Below are positions 1 through 14,936 of a stretch of DNA of 64,000 nucleotides, in pieces. The notes under the pieces were generated by a model. It saw nothing but the letters and a program-made list of their open reading frames with translations, ran no database searches and had not been told where the DNA came from. This stretch comes from the human T2T-CHM13v2.0 reference genome, Homo sapiens, in the NCBI RefSeq assembly GCF_009914755.1, contig NC_060935.1; one strand, given 5' to 3'. Each line of letters starts with the position of its first letter. Position 1 is the first letter of the stretch. Made by a program: the position numbers and the translations under genes.

Positions 1-180
1 CCTGTTTTTATAAATAAGGTTTTATTGAAACACAGCCCATGCACATTTATTTATATATTGCCTATGGCTGCTTTTATGCTACAACGGCAGAGTTGAATAG
101 TTCCCACAGAGGCTGTAGAGCCCACAAAGCCTAAAATATATACTCTACAACACTTTGTCGGATAAATTTGTTGACCCTCC
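1..180 (-). mobile_element. MER58A hAT-Charlie DNA transposon (MITE), cut by the window edge
   Basis: Reverse complement matches the recalled MER58A body (…aatattttaggctttg…ctctgccgttgtagc…gcagccatag…caataaaac…). Confidence 0.75.
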
Positions 181-1891
181 CATATAGTAATTATTCATGT
201 ACATAACGGCCTTCCTTTCTAGACTGTCCATTTGAATATAAATACAGTGCCAGTACACTGCATGCCTCTTACCTAGCACAGTCCTTGGCACCGAGTTGGT
301 GTTTATAGAGCATTTTCATGTGACACTTCTCTTTCACTACAGACCATAACATTCAGAAAATTTCAGTGACCTAGAAACACCTGCAGATTTAATAGTTTCC
401 ACGGTGATTTTGTGAGTTTTCTTATCTCTTTTTTGCTGTAAAAGTTCTACTTATCCTTCAAGGCTAAAATCAAATAACACATTAGAGAATATTTAGCATT
501 CTCTAAATATATACTTTCATAAACAAATGAACCAAAATACTTCCTTCACCATACGCTAAAAAACTTCAGGAAAACCAACATTACAGAATTATAACTTTAT
601 ACTACAATTAAGAGATATGAGTCTGTTCTTCTCAAAAGAGTGTAACCTCTTCTAGATTACAAATTCTATTTTGCATTTCTTTATACACACCCATCATCCA
701 GCAAAGGGTGGCCTTGAATTAAATATTCATTAAATGAATGAATGAAGAATGTAATCATTGTTAGTCCTAGCCTGGGTCATTTAACTTTTCTCTGCATTAA
801 TTTGACCACCAAACATAATATCTCCCCATCATCTCTCAAGGTTAAGAGCTTCGTCAGTCCACTCTGGAGTCAGGTGCTTAATTGACTGAACTGTCTGTGG
901 ATGACACAGGTTCATTCCCTCTCATTGCAGGCAACATATTGCTCTAAACACTACTGAGCGTTTCCTTGACTATATTTAGAATTCCTTTTTAACAAGGTGT
1001 CTGCTACTATAGAGAAAAACAATGAACTCAGTAATCCTACCATTCTTTGATTCTTTACATTGTTTAGAAAAGCAAAAGTAGGATGCAGTTAATAACCTGA
1101 TCACAGCATTCCCTCAGCTCATTCACTTAACAAACATCTAATTAGGACCTGATCTGAAACAAGCAATGTGCTAAGTCTTGGAATACCCTCCTTCCTCCCG
1201 CCTGCCACAAAAGAAAAATTTGTCCTTCTGAAGTGGAGGAGCCAGACATGAAAACAGATTTATTTTTCCAAGTGATGTAATTAAGAGTGCTCTCTTCAGG
1301 GGGAAATAAAACAAATAAAAAAATACATAGCCAGGCATTACATGCCAATCTACTAACAAGTTGTTCTCTCTGGGGATATTCTTCTTATTAGTGGAATGAA
1401 ATTCCAAAAGACAACTCCACTGAATGTATGAAAATTCCTATGAAAACTTAAACACATGAAAAATTCTGGGTTCAGGGTTGAAACAGATTAGTCATATTGA
1501 AGACTGGATGATTCTATCCAAACTCTTAAATACTTTATTTTGTTTTACAGATCATGAATGATTCCAGTTTTTAAAAAATCACCTAATAATTGTCCTAATG
1601 GAAATATACTTGCATTTTTAGAAAGTAGTGAGTATTATTTTTCTGGTGTTCCTCATCTTCTGGTTACATCTGTTTTTGTTGTTAAACCAAGATATATTCT
1701 CTTTTTGGTATTCCATAAATGATTCCCTTCTGAGTTGAGTGTTAACTATGACTTCCAGAGCACACAGATCTCTCACAGGAGCTCACACTAGGTAAAACAT
1801 CCTTAGTAGGTTCATGAATGTCTGCAACTGCATAAAAAACACAGGCTATTCATCTGCTATTCCTGTTCATCAATGCCAGTGCTTATCACCT

Positions 1892-1995
1892 CGGTGAGGA
1901 AGTAACCTGTACACCAAAACCCCATGACATAAAATTTACCTGTATAATAAACCTGCACATGTACTCCCCAACCTAAAATAAAAGTTAAATAAAAA
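1892..1995 (+). mobile_element. L1 3' terminal fragment (older L1PA/L1PB type)
   Basis: acaccaaaaccccatgac…aacctgcacatgtac…cctaaaataaaagtt is a typical L1 3' end. Confidence 0.7.
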
Positions 1996-2109
1996 TTATG
2001 CTTGGTACATCAACCTACTTTATGTTTCACTGCTTTTCTTCCTTAGTCTGGGAAAGAAGTAGAGAAATAAAGCCTTTAGATGCCAGAGACATGACCTTTC
2101 AAGCTAAAA

Positions 2110-2190
2110 TAATTTTTATTGACAAATTATAATTGTATACATTTATGGGGTGCAACATGATATGTTAATATATGTATGCAATGTGAGAGA
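2110..2190 (-). mobile_element. L1M 3' end fragment
   Basis: ttgacaaattataattgtatacatttatggggtgcaacatga resembles an antisense L1MA/MB 3' end. Confidence 0.55.
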
Positions 2191-2348
2191 CATGATATTG
2201 ATAGATTTTTTCACTACCTAAACCTAAACATCATGGCTTTGTACTATTACAACTTCAGACACAACAAACAAATACTCAAAGAGCTTTAATCAGACATTTA
2301 TCAAAGAAGATATGCAGATAGCAAATAAAGCCATAAAAAGTTGCTCAA

Positions 2349-2963
<615 letters not shown>

Positions 2964-3229
2964 AAGATGCTCAAGATTATTTGTCATTGGATAAATAAAA
3001 ATTGAATAAAATACCCAACTTGATTTTGAGGGGTGGAGGGTGAGGTATGGAGTTAATCTTCAATAGCCAGAAAAATCTATGGCACAGTTCTAGAGAATTG
3101 TATGCAAAGGTGAAGACAGAAATTATCTTAATGGTTTTAGCTTACTTGTGAACTAAACACCATTGGTAAACTACCCGGGAAACAACTAGGGGACTCAGTC
3201 CCAGACTAGCTCTCTGGCCTGGAACTGGT

Positions 3230-3443
3230 ATAGCACAGCATTTAGGAGCCCATCAAGTTGGTGTTTGGATTCTATTCACATCACATACAAGCAGATGATC
3301 TTGGCTGAGATTTCCTCATCTCTGAATTGGGAAAAATGGCATTTACCTGATAGGGTTGTTGTAGGAATAAATGAAAAATTCTATGTAAAATCCTGAGCCC
3401 AGTATCTGGCATACAATGATAATTACGTTAGCTATTGTTATTA
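3230..3443 (+). mobile_element. MIR SINE
   Basis: MIR core tttcctcatctctgaa…acctgatagggttgttgtaggaataaatga…gttagctattgttatta. Confidence 0.65.
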
Positions 3444-3769
3444 ACCAAGAAGTTACCGAATCATAGCACCAGCTAAATCTGCATCCCTCCTTGGCATGGC
3501 TGGCCCAGGTCCTGGGCCTATATCAAAGGAATACATGGCCAATTGTCTCAAGTGGTCAAGAAATCTACCATTATTGGACACAGCAGAACTACTTCAGATG
3601 AAATGTTTTCCTTGCTTGCTGGTGAGCAGAATTTATTTTTTCAGAAAAAAACAAAAAAGGATCATTTTTAAACTCAATCTTGACTATAATATGCTTTTAG
3701 TGCCTTAGTCTATAAAAATTAAAGTGAGATAATTGAAGGGTAGAGAAGGGAATTAAAATGAAGGGCTGA

Positions 3770-4168
<399 letters not shown>

Positions 4169-5055
4169 CTACCTGCCTTCCTGGGCACAGATAGGATAGA
4201 TGAAGAAGGGAGAACAGTGTAGTTTTGTTAGATTTGTCCTTACTCTGCATGGGGTTTCCTTAGAGGGAGCTAGAGCTCTATAACCTTGAGTGCTTGGTAC
4301 ATGAAGGTGCAAATACCGGAAGTGGAGGGAGTAGTCAGCAAACAGGAGTTAAGAGTAGTTGGAAAAGCATCTATTTAATTTAGCTAAAATAAGGTCATTT
4401 GAAAATTTCCATCGAAATCATAAAATTTGCTATTTCTCTGTGTCATCTTTTCAACTAAGAAGATACTCATTTGTAGGCTGCTTTTCAAAAAATGCTACCT
4501 GTAAATCATCCTAGAAAAAATACATTTATCTGCGTAGTTCTCAAAAGTCAGGAGTTGAATATTTCCTAATTGAAGATACAGCCCTTAAATGTATCATTCC
4601 CTTAGATAAAATCATATCTTCCCTTATGGCTTTCCCTCTAAGTGCCTTTCCCTTACTCTTGTGACCAAAATCAGACTTGTACTTCAGATCTTCCCCAAAA
4701 TGACATTTTCTTACGACTCAACCAGGAAAAATTAATCACTGTTCTCTCTTCCATTCTATTCCATTTAGCTCAAAAAACTGCTAGTGTATTCTACATATCT
4801 GTCTACAAGTATGAATGCCTACTTAAACTTCAGCTCCAATAGCAAGTTTACAGCAGGTTCTTAGAAACAAGAAAGTGAAACATTCATTTCATTTATTAGA
4901 AAGTGAAACATTTTGTTTTGGACATGGTGCTCAACAGTATTCCAAAAAATAGAGACTTATCTTCAAATTTAATCTAAATATCTCCGATTTTTGCTTGGGC
5001 ATGTGTCCTTATTTCCCTTTTTCTACTGAAAACATAATTTAAAGTAATATGATTT

Positions 5056-5415
<360 letters not shown>

Positions 5416-5551
5416 TCAAAAGAGACAGAGAAAACATACAGATGATGGGAGAAAAAATTGGAAATGTCTCCTAATTCAACCACTGAGGGATGAATAAAGT
5501 TCATATTTCAGTGGAGATCCTTCCAGAACTCCATTCCACCTGCTCCCTGCA

Positions 5552-5584
5552 ACACACACACACACACAGACACACACACACACA
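5552..5584. repeat. (CA)n microsatellite
   Basis: Directly visible, with one interruption. Confidence 0.95.
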
Positions 5585-6769
5585 GCAAATACAACTTCGC
5601 AGTTTTTTTTTCTGCAATCAGTAAGCATTATATATATACATTCAAACAAAATATTTCTTTGCAGTTTGGAGCTCTGAGAGAGGTCTGCTGATTTAATAAG
5701 TTTTTTGCTACCCATTAATGCCATAGGAGACCAGCTCTCCCATTAAGAAACAGTTGAGCTAGTTTCTCCTCAGCTTAGTTCACACTAACAAACAACATTG
5801 TCAGCTAAATACTAATGCAGAATCCTTATTAAGGTTGATTATATAAAAGGTAGATAAAGCACAGCAGGCATGCAGTTTTTAGGTGGCATGTGCAGCAGAT
5901 AAGGTGATAGAGAAATATCTTCTTGCCTTATCATCTGACTCAAGGTGAAGTGGCCAGGACAGGCATCTATGTGGGGAAGGGAATAGAATACTTAGTGGCT
6001 ACTTAGTGAGTACTCAGCACTAGAGTTCGTGTGCTGCAGTGTGGACATGTTTTCATACAATTTCAAAGCAAACTTGTGAGAGAACATTGATCTACATATT
6101 TCCTTTAAAACTGGGGAATCTCACTAAAGGAAATCAATCAATTTGTAAAGGTTTCATAGACATGAAGTGAAGAAACTGCACATTCAAACCCATGTCCCTC
6201 TGGCATGTACAGTATATATTCTGTCAACAACCATTACCCACAGTTGCCAGGAGAATGTCATACATAAGGCACTCACTAAAAAAGATGGCCAACACTATTA
6301 AAACAGAGAAAGAATTACATAGATAGATAAATACAATCCAAACATTAAGAGACTGAGTTATTCTAATAGCTAAAATTAATTTAATAAAATACTTAGAAAA
6401 GTTATTTGATGGTATTTTTATAATGTCTAATGTAAAAAGTTCAGCACAGAATACATGAATTATTTCCTTGAATTCTCATAGTGCATTTTTAGGAAGCAGC
6501 TAGTACTACAGAGGAGATAACTTCCATTCACCCAGACACATCCACTACCCACCCTTCTCTGTTTTTATCTGTGAACTTCATGGACCACGAACTCCCTTGT
6601 TCTCTGTTCACTGTCCACGTAGTTCTCTTTCACATGAGGTTATATAACCATTATATTCACTCCAGCTCCATATGTAGTTAAAGAATGCTGATGTTACTAG
6701 CTCCCAGGGACGGCACCAGCCTTTATGGATTCCTTGTATCCTGCCTACACCTGAGTGACTGATATTGCA

Positions 6770-6895
6770 TTGTTATCCTCATTTACAGAGAAAGAACTGA
6801 TGCTCACAGAAGTAAGCTGACTTCTCCAGAGTCATAGAAGTAGCAAATGTCAAAACTCAGAATTAAACCCAGGCTTATATAAAATCACAGCCCAC
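6770..6895 (-). mobile_element. MIR SINE
   Basis: tatcctcatttacagagaaagaactgatgctcacagaagtaag…aaacccagg is the antisense MIR core. Confidence 0.7.
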
Positions 6896-7599
6896 ACCAA
6901 TCTGCTTTCTTGTGCTTATTCTGCTTCAAGGTTACAAAATCTGAAATTCAACTCCTGTTTTCTCTGAAGTCCCTGATAGCCTGATGGCCTACAGTGCAAT
7001 GAAAGAGATTCAACTATTGAATCAGTGGGAGGCATTAGTAACATCTTCAGCCACTGCAGGAGAAAGTGCAGTTTTATGAACCCAGGCCTAGTTAGCACAG
7101 AAAAAAAGCTATAAAAGTCATTTATAAAATGTACATATGGTAATTCACCTCCAAAATTCACCCATTTATGTCCCTAAATATCTTCAAATATGAGAAAGAA
7201 TATTTCAAGAAAGTTCCATAATTTAACCTTCTAATACTAATCTAATGAACGCCTAGAGTGCCATCATGATTCATAAATAGCTAATACTGTACAGAATTAG
7301 AGAAGTGACCAAAGTCCAAGGATAACTTTTTTTGAATGGACAGTCTTTGGAGGTCACTTTGTCTGTAGAAGGTTGGTCTCCTTTCTGGGGAAATGGGAAA
7401 TTCCTGATCTCAACAAGCTCATACCACTAGCCAACTAATAAAAATAGGTAATAAAGTAAGATTCATCTTATAGTCTTATATGTAGAATTCCTTCCTTACC
7501 TTGAAGAATAAGGTTTGCCATGAGCTTCTCATGTCTATATGTTTGCCTTAGTCTCCTACCACCAACTCCATCTCATACTCTTACGTGAATCACGTCACT

Positions 7600-7950
7600 T
7601 GTAGCTTCCTAAGCCCTTAATTCTTAGCAAGTCTGCATCTTTCTCATGCTGCTCCAACAGCCTGGGATTCTCTTCGCCTCCAAGCTGCCTTATGAAGTCT
7701 CTACTCCCTTAAAGAATCTGATTAAAACTGTCATTTCCATGAAAAAAATTATTAAATTACACCAAACTTTGTGCTGCCATAGCCTCAGTTACTAGATATT
7801 GAGTACATGCATCAATCAACTGAGTTGAATACTTTTTGAAGGGAATGATGGTATTTGTTGTTGTTTTTTCTCATCTTTGCATCCCTAGAACACAGTACAT
7901 GACTCACACTGTTTACTCAATAAATATGTACTGAATAAGTTTATGAATGA
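7600..7950 (+). mobile_element. L2 3' end
   Basis: Ends …ctcaataaatatgtactgaataagtttatgaatga, a typical L2 terminus. Confidence 0.5.
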
Positions 7951-8269
7951 TTCATTGAAAGCCCAAATCAGAGAACAAGGAGAGTCCCTCAATTAATTAA
8001 AAAAGAAACTACGAGTAACCTCAAATATTAAGTACAATGTTGAATATATGAGGGTTTTGGAATAAATATAGAATACATTTCTAGGAGGCAAAGATGTTAA
8101 GATTGTTCTGGACTAGGAAGAACTTTGTGTTTAACTAGCTCACCATCATCACCAAATTAATTTGCTAAAAACGGTATCTTGTGGCACTATTTTTCTTATG
8201 AATATCCTGCCTAGCACAATAGCCCCCTTAAACCTGCACTGTTAGAAATTTATTTATTTATTTACCCTT

Positions 8270-8710
8270 TGTAGTAGATTAAATTATGGCTACTAGAATA
8301 CTAGGTTCTAATCCTTGGAACTTGTAAATATTACCTCATTTGGAAAAAGGTTCTTCACAGATGTGAGTAAGGGTCTTGAAATGAGATGAGCCATGTGGGC
8401 TCTAAATAGCATGACAAGTGTCTTTATAAAAGGAGGGTAAAGGGATATTTGACCTACAGAAGAGAAGATGGCAGAGACCACAGAGGCAGAGATTAGGGGG
8501 ATGTGGCCACAAGTCAAGCAACGTAGACAGTTACCAGAAGATGCACGCTGTAAGGAATATATTGTCACCTAGAGCTTGAAACGGTGTAGCCCTGTCAATA
8601 CTTTCATTTTGGACTTCTGGCCTCCAGAACTATAAGAGAATAAATTTCTGTTGTTTCAAGAAACCAAGTTTGTGGTAATTTTGCTAAAGCAACCACTGGA
8701 AACTAGCACA
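8270..8710 (+). mobile_element. MLT1 (C/D-like) MaLR solo LTR
   Basis: TG…CA ends. ggacttctggcctccagaactataagagaataaatttctgttgttt…tttgtggtaatttt MaLR 3' motif. Confidence 0.8.
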
Positions 8711-11059
8711 TTCATAAAGCTAAACCTTACTTTGCCTCCAAAAGAGATTCATCATTCTACAGTACTTATTGGATACTACTCACTGTTCTATATGCTGAAG
8801 ATGAAAGAGAAAAACTTTTCTGTAAAGATTTCTTATCCTGTCTTTCTTTACCTGGTCCTCATATAATTGCTTACATCTTCATCTGTACCACCTCTGTTTC
8901 TTCATAATTTCATTATGGCCTTTATCATTATATAATAATTGGTATTTAGTTCTATCATTGCTTACGGAAAAGACCAAATTTTAAAAATTTATTTCTCTTT
9001 TCCTAAGACATTGCACAGTATCCAGTTATGAGTATGTACTCAGAAAATATTTGGTGAATTAAATTAAATTGAATTATAAAGATTCAATAAAGTTTTTCAA
9101 AGATTTTGCATGTCATTCAAATAAGGCGAATAAAATGCATACTTTCTTCTTTTTCAAAAATGGCAATGTTAATGACATTCTGGTAAACATTTAGACATTA
9201 AAAACTGTATGCATTACAGAACTAATTGATATCATTGGCAAGAAAGAAGACAGCCATTATCATCCTAAGATGTGTTGAGTCACACAATTGCACGACATAC
9301 TTTAAATTATTCATTGGGACTCGTTTTCTTGTGAAAGGAACATTCCACAGCTCCAGAAAACAACAGAGGGTAAAATGTGAGACATGAGGGATTTTCTAAA
9401 AAGTTTAAATTTGAAGATAACTCACTAGAGTGGTACGATTATTTTGTGGTTGCGCTACTGAGTACTTCAGACTGGGATCAGAGCAGGTGAGATATGTGGA
9501 TTTGCAGCTTAGGAAAGGGATGATGACGTGGGGGTAAGAAGAGGTGGCAACAATTATTTAACTGGTTTGTATTAGAAATTATATTAGAAAGTCCAAATGG
9601 TAATTTCCAATGCGTTGACTCAGGTGCAAATAAGTCAGCTTTGTCTGTCTCTGAGCTTTACCTCTGGAGCAGCACAAGTCCTGGAGATTTAGTTTCTACT
9701 CCATTGCCACTCACAGTTTGGGTGCATGTTTTGCTTAATTCCAACATCCTTATGGGACATCCTTTAATGTATTCTTCAGGAGCAGTCATAGCCCCAGAAT
9801 TTCTATTTTTTGTGAACCTAGGAGTTGCAAGCTTGCTGGAAACAAGGAGACTTCACTTGAAGTTCCCTTAGCAAGAACATATTTTACACAGATTGTATGG
9901 TTATTGGAATCCATTTGTCTTGAAAGTTCATTGCACAGTAAGCACATTGTTTTTAACCAAGTTCAGTGAAGTGGCTGTTGAAGGAGGCTGATGAAGATTT
10001 AAAGGTCTGCCTGAATCAATGATACGAAACGTTTAACTTCTTCCTTTACCCTATGTCCCTTCCCAAAGCAGTTCTTTGCTCTCCCTCTTCCAATGATGGA
10101 CTCATCCGTTGAGAGATTTTGGATTAGAGTAACATGGGGCATAGCCAGTTCTTGTCTGGCTAAAGTAGGCCACTATAGAACTGCTCTCTCCCCTTTCCCT
10201 ACTCTCCTATTCTTAAGTTAGGTTGTGCGTATAGATACTTTTGGTTTTGCAAAAACTCACAGGACGTTTCAAGATGGAATACCCAATGTAACTAATCTTC
10301 TGAATAATTAATCTCTCTCTCTTTTCCGCTTTGCTTCTCGATCCCCCTAAATTCAGACAATAATTTAAACATTTTATAGCTTTCAAAATCAAAACCTGAT
10401 GCTTTTCACCCATAAATGCTTCCTCTTTGTACATATCCATTTCAGGAATAAGGCACCATAAATCTGGAATTAAACAAAGCCATCTTCCACGTGATGACTC
10501 AAAGACTGAGAAAAGCAAGGTTCTGAGTCAGAGGAAGGATTTTAGCATTTTGTGAACAGATTTTTCTGTTTTGTTATTCAGCTTTGTGTAGGATTTAATG
10601 ATCTGAATCGATTCTTTGTAAAACCCACGGACCCATCTACGCAAAGCAAAAATAAACAGACTTGTTAGAAAAGATCACAGCAATTGAAGGAACAGGAGCA
10701 CACAAGTGTCTGCCCCAGTGTTGCTGTGATTGCAGGATAGAAGGGCTCTTGATATTATTACACTGAAAGACAACACAGTTACCCAAGGCAAACCCACGAT
10801 ATTGACCACCAGTGGCCCATACTATCACTGTAACTGTAATCTATTACTATTTTCTCTAATACTATTAGATATTGAATAAATATCTTACTTATAGAAAGCA
10901 AACAAAAATGTCTTGCTCCCTTTAATATCTTACAATGTGACTGCAGAATTAGTATCTTTGTCACATTTGAATTGTCTTTTTCTACAAATAGGTTAAAATC
11001 ATTCCCACTTAACATTAACAATTTCCCACTTAACAATTTCTGATTGTTCTCTATGATTG

Positions 11060-11940
11060 GCAAGTCATTTTGCAAACACCGTGTGCTAGGCAGTATTGTA
11101 GGCACTGAAGATATATCAATGAACAAAACAGAAAAAGTGCCCTAGAGCTTATATTACAATGAACATGGCAAACAAGTAAATTATATTGTGTATTAGAAGC
11201 TGGTAAGAATCATTAAAAAAAGAAAAGTATAGCAAGAAAAGCGGAGGGGCATTAGGGCAGCAAGTTGCAGTATTAAATATGATAACTGAGGTGAGCCTTA
11301 CTGGGGAGGTGAGATTTGAGTGAAGGCTTTGAAGAGGTGAGGAAATTAGCCAGGCAGATATCTGGCAGTGCTATGGTTTGGATGTTTTTGTCCCCTTTAA
11401 AACTCATGCTGAAACTACCAGGAATACAACAGTGTTGAGAGGTGGGGCTTAAATGGGAGGTGTTTAGGTGTTGAGGGCTCTACTTCATGAATGGATTAAT
11501 GCTGCTATAAAAGGGATTGGAGAAGTGCTTGCTGTCTTCTGCTCTTCTGCCATGTGAAGAACAGCATTCCTCCCCTCTGGAACTCCCATCTTGAAAGAGG
11601 AGAGACAGGATCCTCACAAGAACCAAACCTGCCAGCGCCTTGATCTTGGGCTTCCCAGCTTCCAGAACTGACAGAAGTAAATTTCTGTTCTTTATAAATT
11701 ACCTAGTCTCAGGCATTCTACCAGCCCAAAATGAATTAAGATGAGGGTAAATGTTCCAGACAGGGGAAGATAAGAAACAAAGGTTTTTATAAGGCAGGAT
11801 GCATGATAGGTTCATGGATCAGCCAGGAGGTCAGTTTCATTGAACTAGAGGAAGGAGAGGGATGTAGCATGCACAAATTTCCTAAGAGAAATAAGAAAGA
11901 CCACATCACAAAGGTTGTGCGAGTTCTCTAAGGCTTTTGT
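11060..11940 (-). mobile_element. L2 (antisense), split by an MST LTR
   Basis: gtgctaggcagtattgtaggcactgaagatata…gaacaaaacag and gagatttgagtgaagg. Resumes after 11742. Confidence 0.6.
11369..11742 (+). mobile_element. MST (C/D-like) MaLR solo LTR
   Basis: Starts tgctatggtttggatg. Contains ttgatcttgggcttcccagcttccagaactg…ataaattacctagtctcagg. Confidence 0.8.
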
Positions 11941-12284
11941 AAAAGTCCATAGGACCATATATGGAAAAAAAAGAACCATTTAAAATTCACTCAACACAAA
12001 TATTTATTCCTAAGTATCTATATCTAATTATGCAATATTTCCTCAGCAGGATATACTGTCTTAAATCCACTATTGGCAGAAGTAACCAAAATTATGTTTG
12101 GGCTGCTATAATCTTGCATGAAAGTCCACATACCTTGCAAAAATTTCTGTTTATCACATCAGTAATTACAGGGCAGGTGAAATAATCATCTCAACAGAAA
12201 ACAAAATAAGCACACAGCTTTATTCCCTTCTGAATTGGGCTTTGATATGATTTTGTATTAGATATCATTTTTATTTAAGCTTTA

Positions 12285-12620
12285 CGTTTTTAATTTTTAA
12301 ATTTTGTGGGTATATAGTAGGTGTGTTTATTTACAGGGTTAATGAGATGCTTTCATACAGGCATACGATGCAAAATAACCTTAACATGGAAAATGAGGTA
12401 TCCATCCCCCAAGCGTTTATCCATTGTGTTACAAACAATCCAATTATACTCTTTATTTTTAAATGTATAATTAAATTATTATTGATTATATTCACTCTGT
12501 TGTGCTACCAAATACTAGCTCTTATTCATTCATTTATTTTTGATTTTTATTTATTTTTGCCTGTTGACCATCCCCAATTCTCCTCCTCCTAATCCCTCAG
12601 CCACCCTTCCCAGCCTCTGG
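12285..12620 (-). mobile_element. L1MA 3' end
   Basis: gtgggtatatagtaggtgtg…tacaggcatac…gttacaaacaatccaattatactc matches an antisense L1MA1-3 3'UTR. Confidence 0.8.
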
Positions 12621-12639
12621 TGCTGTTCTCACGAGTTAA

Positions 12640-12820
12640 CACTTTTATTCCCACAATAAGCCTAAGAGGAAGATACTATTGTTTTCTTCCATTTTATAGT
12701 TGAGAAAAATGAGACATTAAAAACAATTATCAATTTGCTAAAGTTGACACAGGGAGTAAGCAGCAGATCCTGAATTATATCCCTGTCAGCATGATTCCTG
12801 AGCACATGTCCCCTAGTTAC
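12640..12820 (-). mobile_element. MIR SINE
   Basis: ccattttatagttgagaaaaatgagac…aagttgacacagggagtaag. Confidence 0.55.
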
Positions 12821-13538
12821 AGGTTACACCACATCATTTTGAAAACTGGAAGGTTTTTCAAAGATTTTTGAGGTATTTCTGAAAAGTAATCATTAGATTG
12901 GTTCCAAAAAGAGAAAACCACAATTTAGCTCAAGACAAATAAAAGGGAGGTAGAAGGATCCCATATTCACTATGATTAGAGTTAATAGTCACAGGTAAAG
13001 AGGACCCAAAGGAATTCACGGGTTACATAATCAGGCAAGTGCTATTAACTCAGCCAAACCACTCAGCCACCGCTCCTTCTTCTTTTAGGAAGAAAAGGCA
13101 ACATACCTTTTTTCCAGGACAAAGCAGTGAGCCTGGGAGGAGAAGGATATGGCGATGGACCACAAAGTTCACCCCAAACAAAAACTATCACTCATGCCTT
13201 TCTCCTACATTTATGCTTTCATACACTCTCAAAGGCAAATCAGTTCATCAGAGAGCAGATATTACCTAAATTAAACATAAATAGACAATCTACAATTATC
13301 AAATGTTTGAAAACAACAGCACCATGAAACTATCAAGCTCAATAGATAGGAAAAAATATAATACACAAGACCACAGAATTATAGCACAAACAAAAGATTT
13401 TAAAAGAGCTAAAATTAAGTTTTCAGATATTCAAGAGGCTGATCTTATCCCATAAGACAGGAACTGGACTTTGTAGAAATAAGACAAAAGGAAATATTGG
13501 AAATGAAACACATAATTCCTGCAAGTTAAAACTCAATA

Positions 13539-13868
13539 GGCCAGGCATGGTAGCTCATGCCTGTAATCCCAGTACTTTCGGAGGCTGAGGCAGAAATGTT
13601 GCTTGAGGTCAGGAGTTCAAGACTAGCCAGGGCAACATAGGGAGACCTGCATTTCTACAAAAATAATTTAGAAAAACTAGCCAGGCATGGTAGCATGCAC
13701 TTTTAGTCCTAGCTATTTGTGAGGCTAAATGTAGGAAGATTGCATGAGCTTAGGAACTTGAGATTACATTGAGCTGTGATCATGCCACTGTACTCCAGCC
13801 TGGGCAACAGAGAAAGACCCTGTCTCTAAAAAAAATAAATACATAAAAATAAAACATTAAAATTAAAG
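13539..13868 (+). mobile_element. AluJ inside an old L1 ORF1/HAL1-like fragment
   Basis: J-type Alu with TSD AAAACTCAATAG (13528-13539 / 13869-13880). Flanks resemble decayed L1 ORF1 coiled-coil sequence. Confidence 0.85.
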
Positions 13869-14758
13869 AAAACTCAATAGCTAGGCTGGATGACAAGATG
13901 GACAATGTTGATGAGCAAATTAGGAAGCTGAAGGAGGAAGCAACATTATTGTTTCAGAGTGCTAAAGGGCAGAGAAAAAGGTATAGAGATGAAGAATTGA
14001 CCCAGAAGACACACTGTCTGAGAGGAGTATGAGAATTAGCTAAAAGAAACAATGAGCAGACAGATTTTTTAAAATACCATAAACAATAATAATAACAACA
14101 TTTAATATTGTGAAAGCCAATATTCACTGAACAACTACTTTATTGTGATCATTCATATTCTAAGCACTTTGCAGCTATGGCCTAATTTACTACTCGACTC
14201 TCATGTGAGGAATATTCAAGTATTATACTATTTTACATATGAGAAAACTGATGTATTTGACCCTGGAAAAGAAAATATCCAACATAAAGAGAGATACACT
14301 TTTTATACTGGAAAGGTCAATCAAATTTATCAAAAGAGAAGTGAAAACAATGCCGCACCTAGTCATGGTTAATCAAAACATGGAATGAGTATTATACCCA
14401 ATACTGCCTTGTAAGTGCATTTGATTTTAGTGGAATATTATAGAGTCATTAAAAAGAATGATGTGCTTTGATGGGGGATAAATTCTAGTCAGGCATTAAC
14501 AAAAAAAGAAAACTCCAGAAAATAGAGACCAAATATGCTTTACAACAAAAGGGCACACACACATACACACACATGAATGGAAATTAAAAGTATTAGAAAA
14601 CTATCATTACAAAGTGGTTACATCCAGGTAGAGAAGAAAAATAAAGGTTGAGGGGGAAAGTGAAAAGAGATATTTAAATTTCATTCTATGTGCTTCTGCC
14701 ATAAGAGTTGATAACAATAACATATTCATCAACATACAAGTTAAAATATAGAACATAT

Positions 14759-14936
14759 GGCTGGACACAATGATGGGTGCCATTGTCCCAGCTACCAGGG
14801 AGACTGAGATAAGAAAATGACTTCATGCCAGGAGATCAAGGCTGTATTGCACCATGATCATACCTGTGAATAGCCATTGCAGTCCAGCCTAGGCAACGTA
14901 GCAAGACCCTCTTTCTAAAAAAAAAAAAAAAATACA
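14759..14936 (+). mobile_element. FAM (fossil Alu monomer, 7SL-derived)
   Basis: Single monomer that keeps the 7SL segment cctgtgaatagcca(t)tgca absent from dimeric Alus. A tail. TSD AAAATATAGAACA(T/C)A. Confidence 0.85.

Noticed and set aside
11002-11040. Short tandem duplication ttcccacttaaca
   Set aside because: Ordinary slippage duplication with no further structure.
10213-11126. Run of minus-strand ORFs (101, 63 and 115 aa) and a possible 39-nt exon KISYIGYSILKRP
   Set aside because: No recognisable domain and a weak acceptor. Not supportable as a CDS without a homology search.
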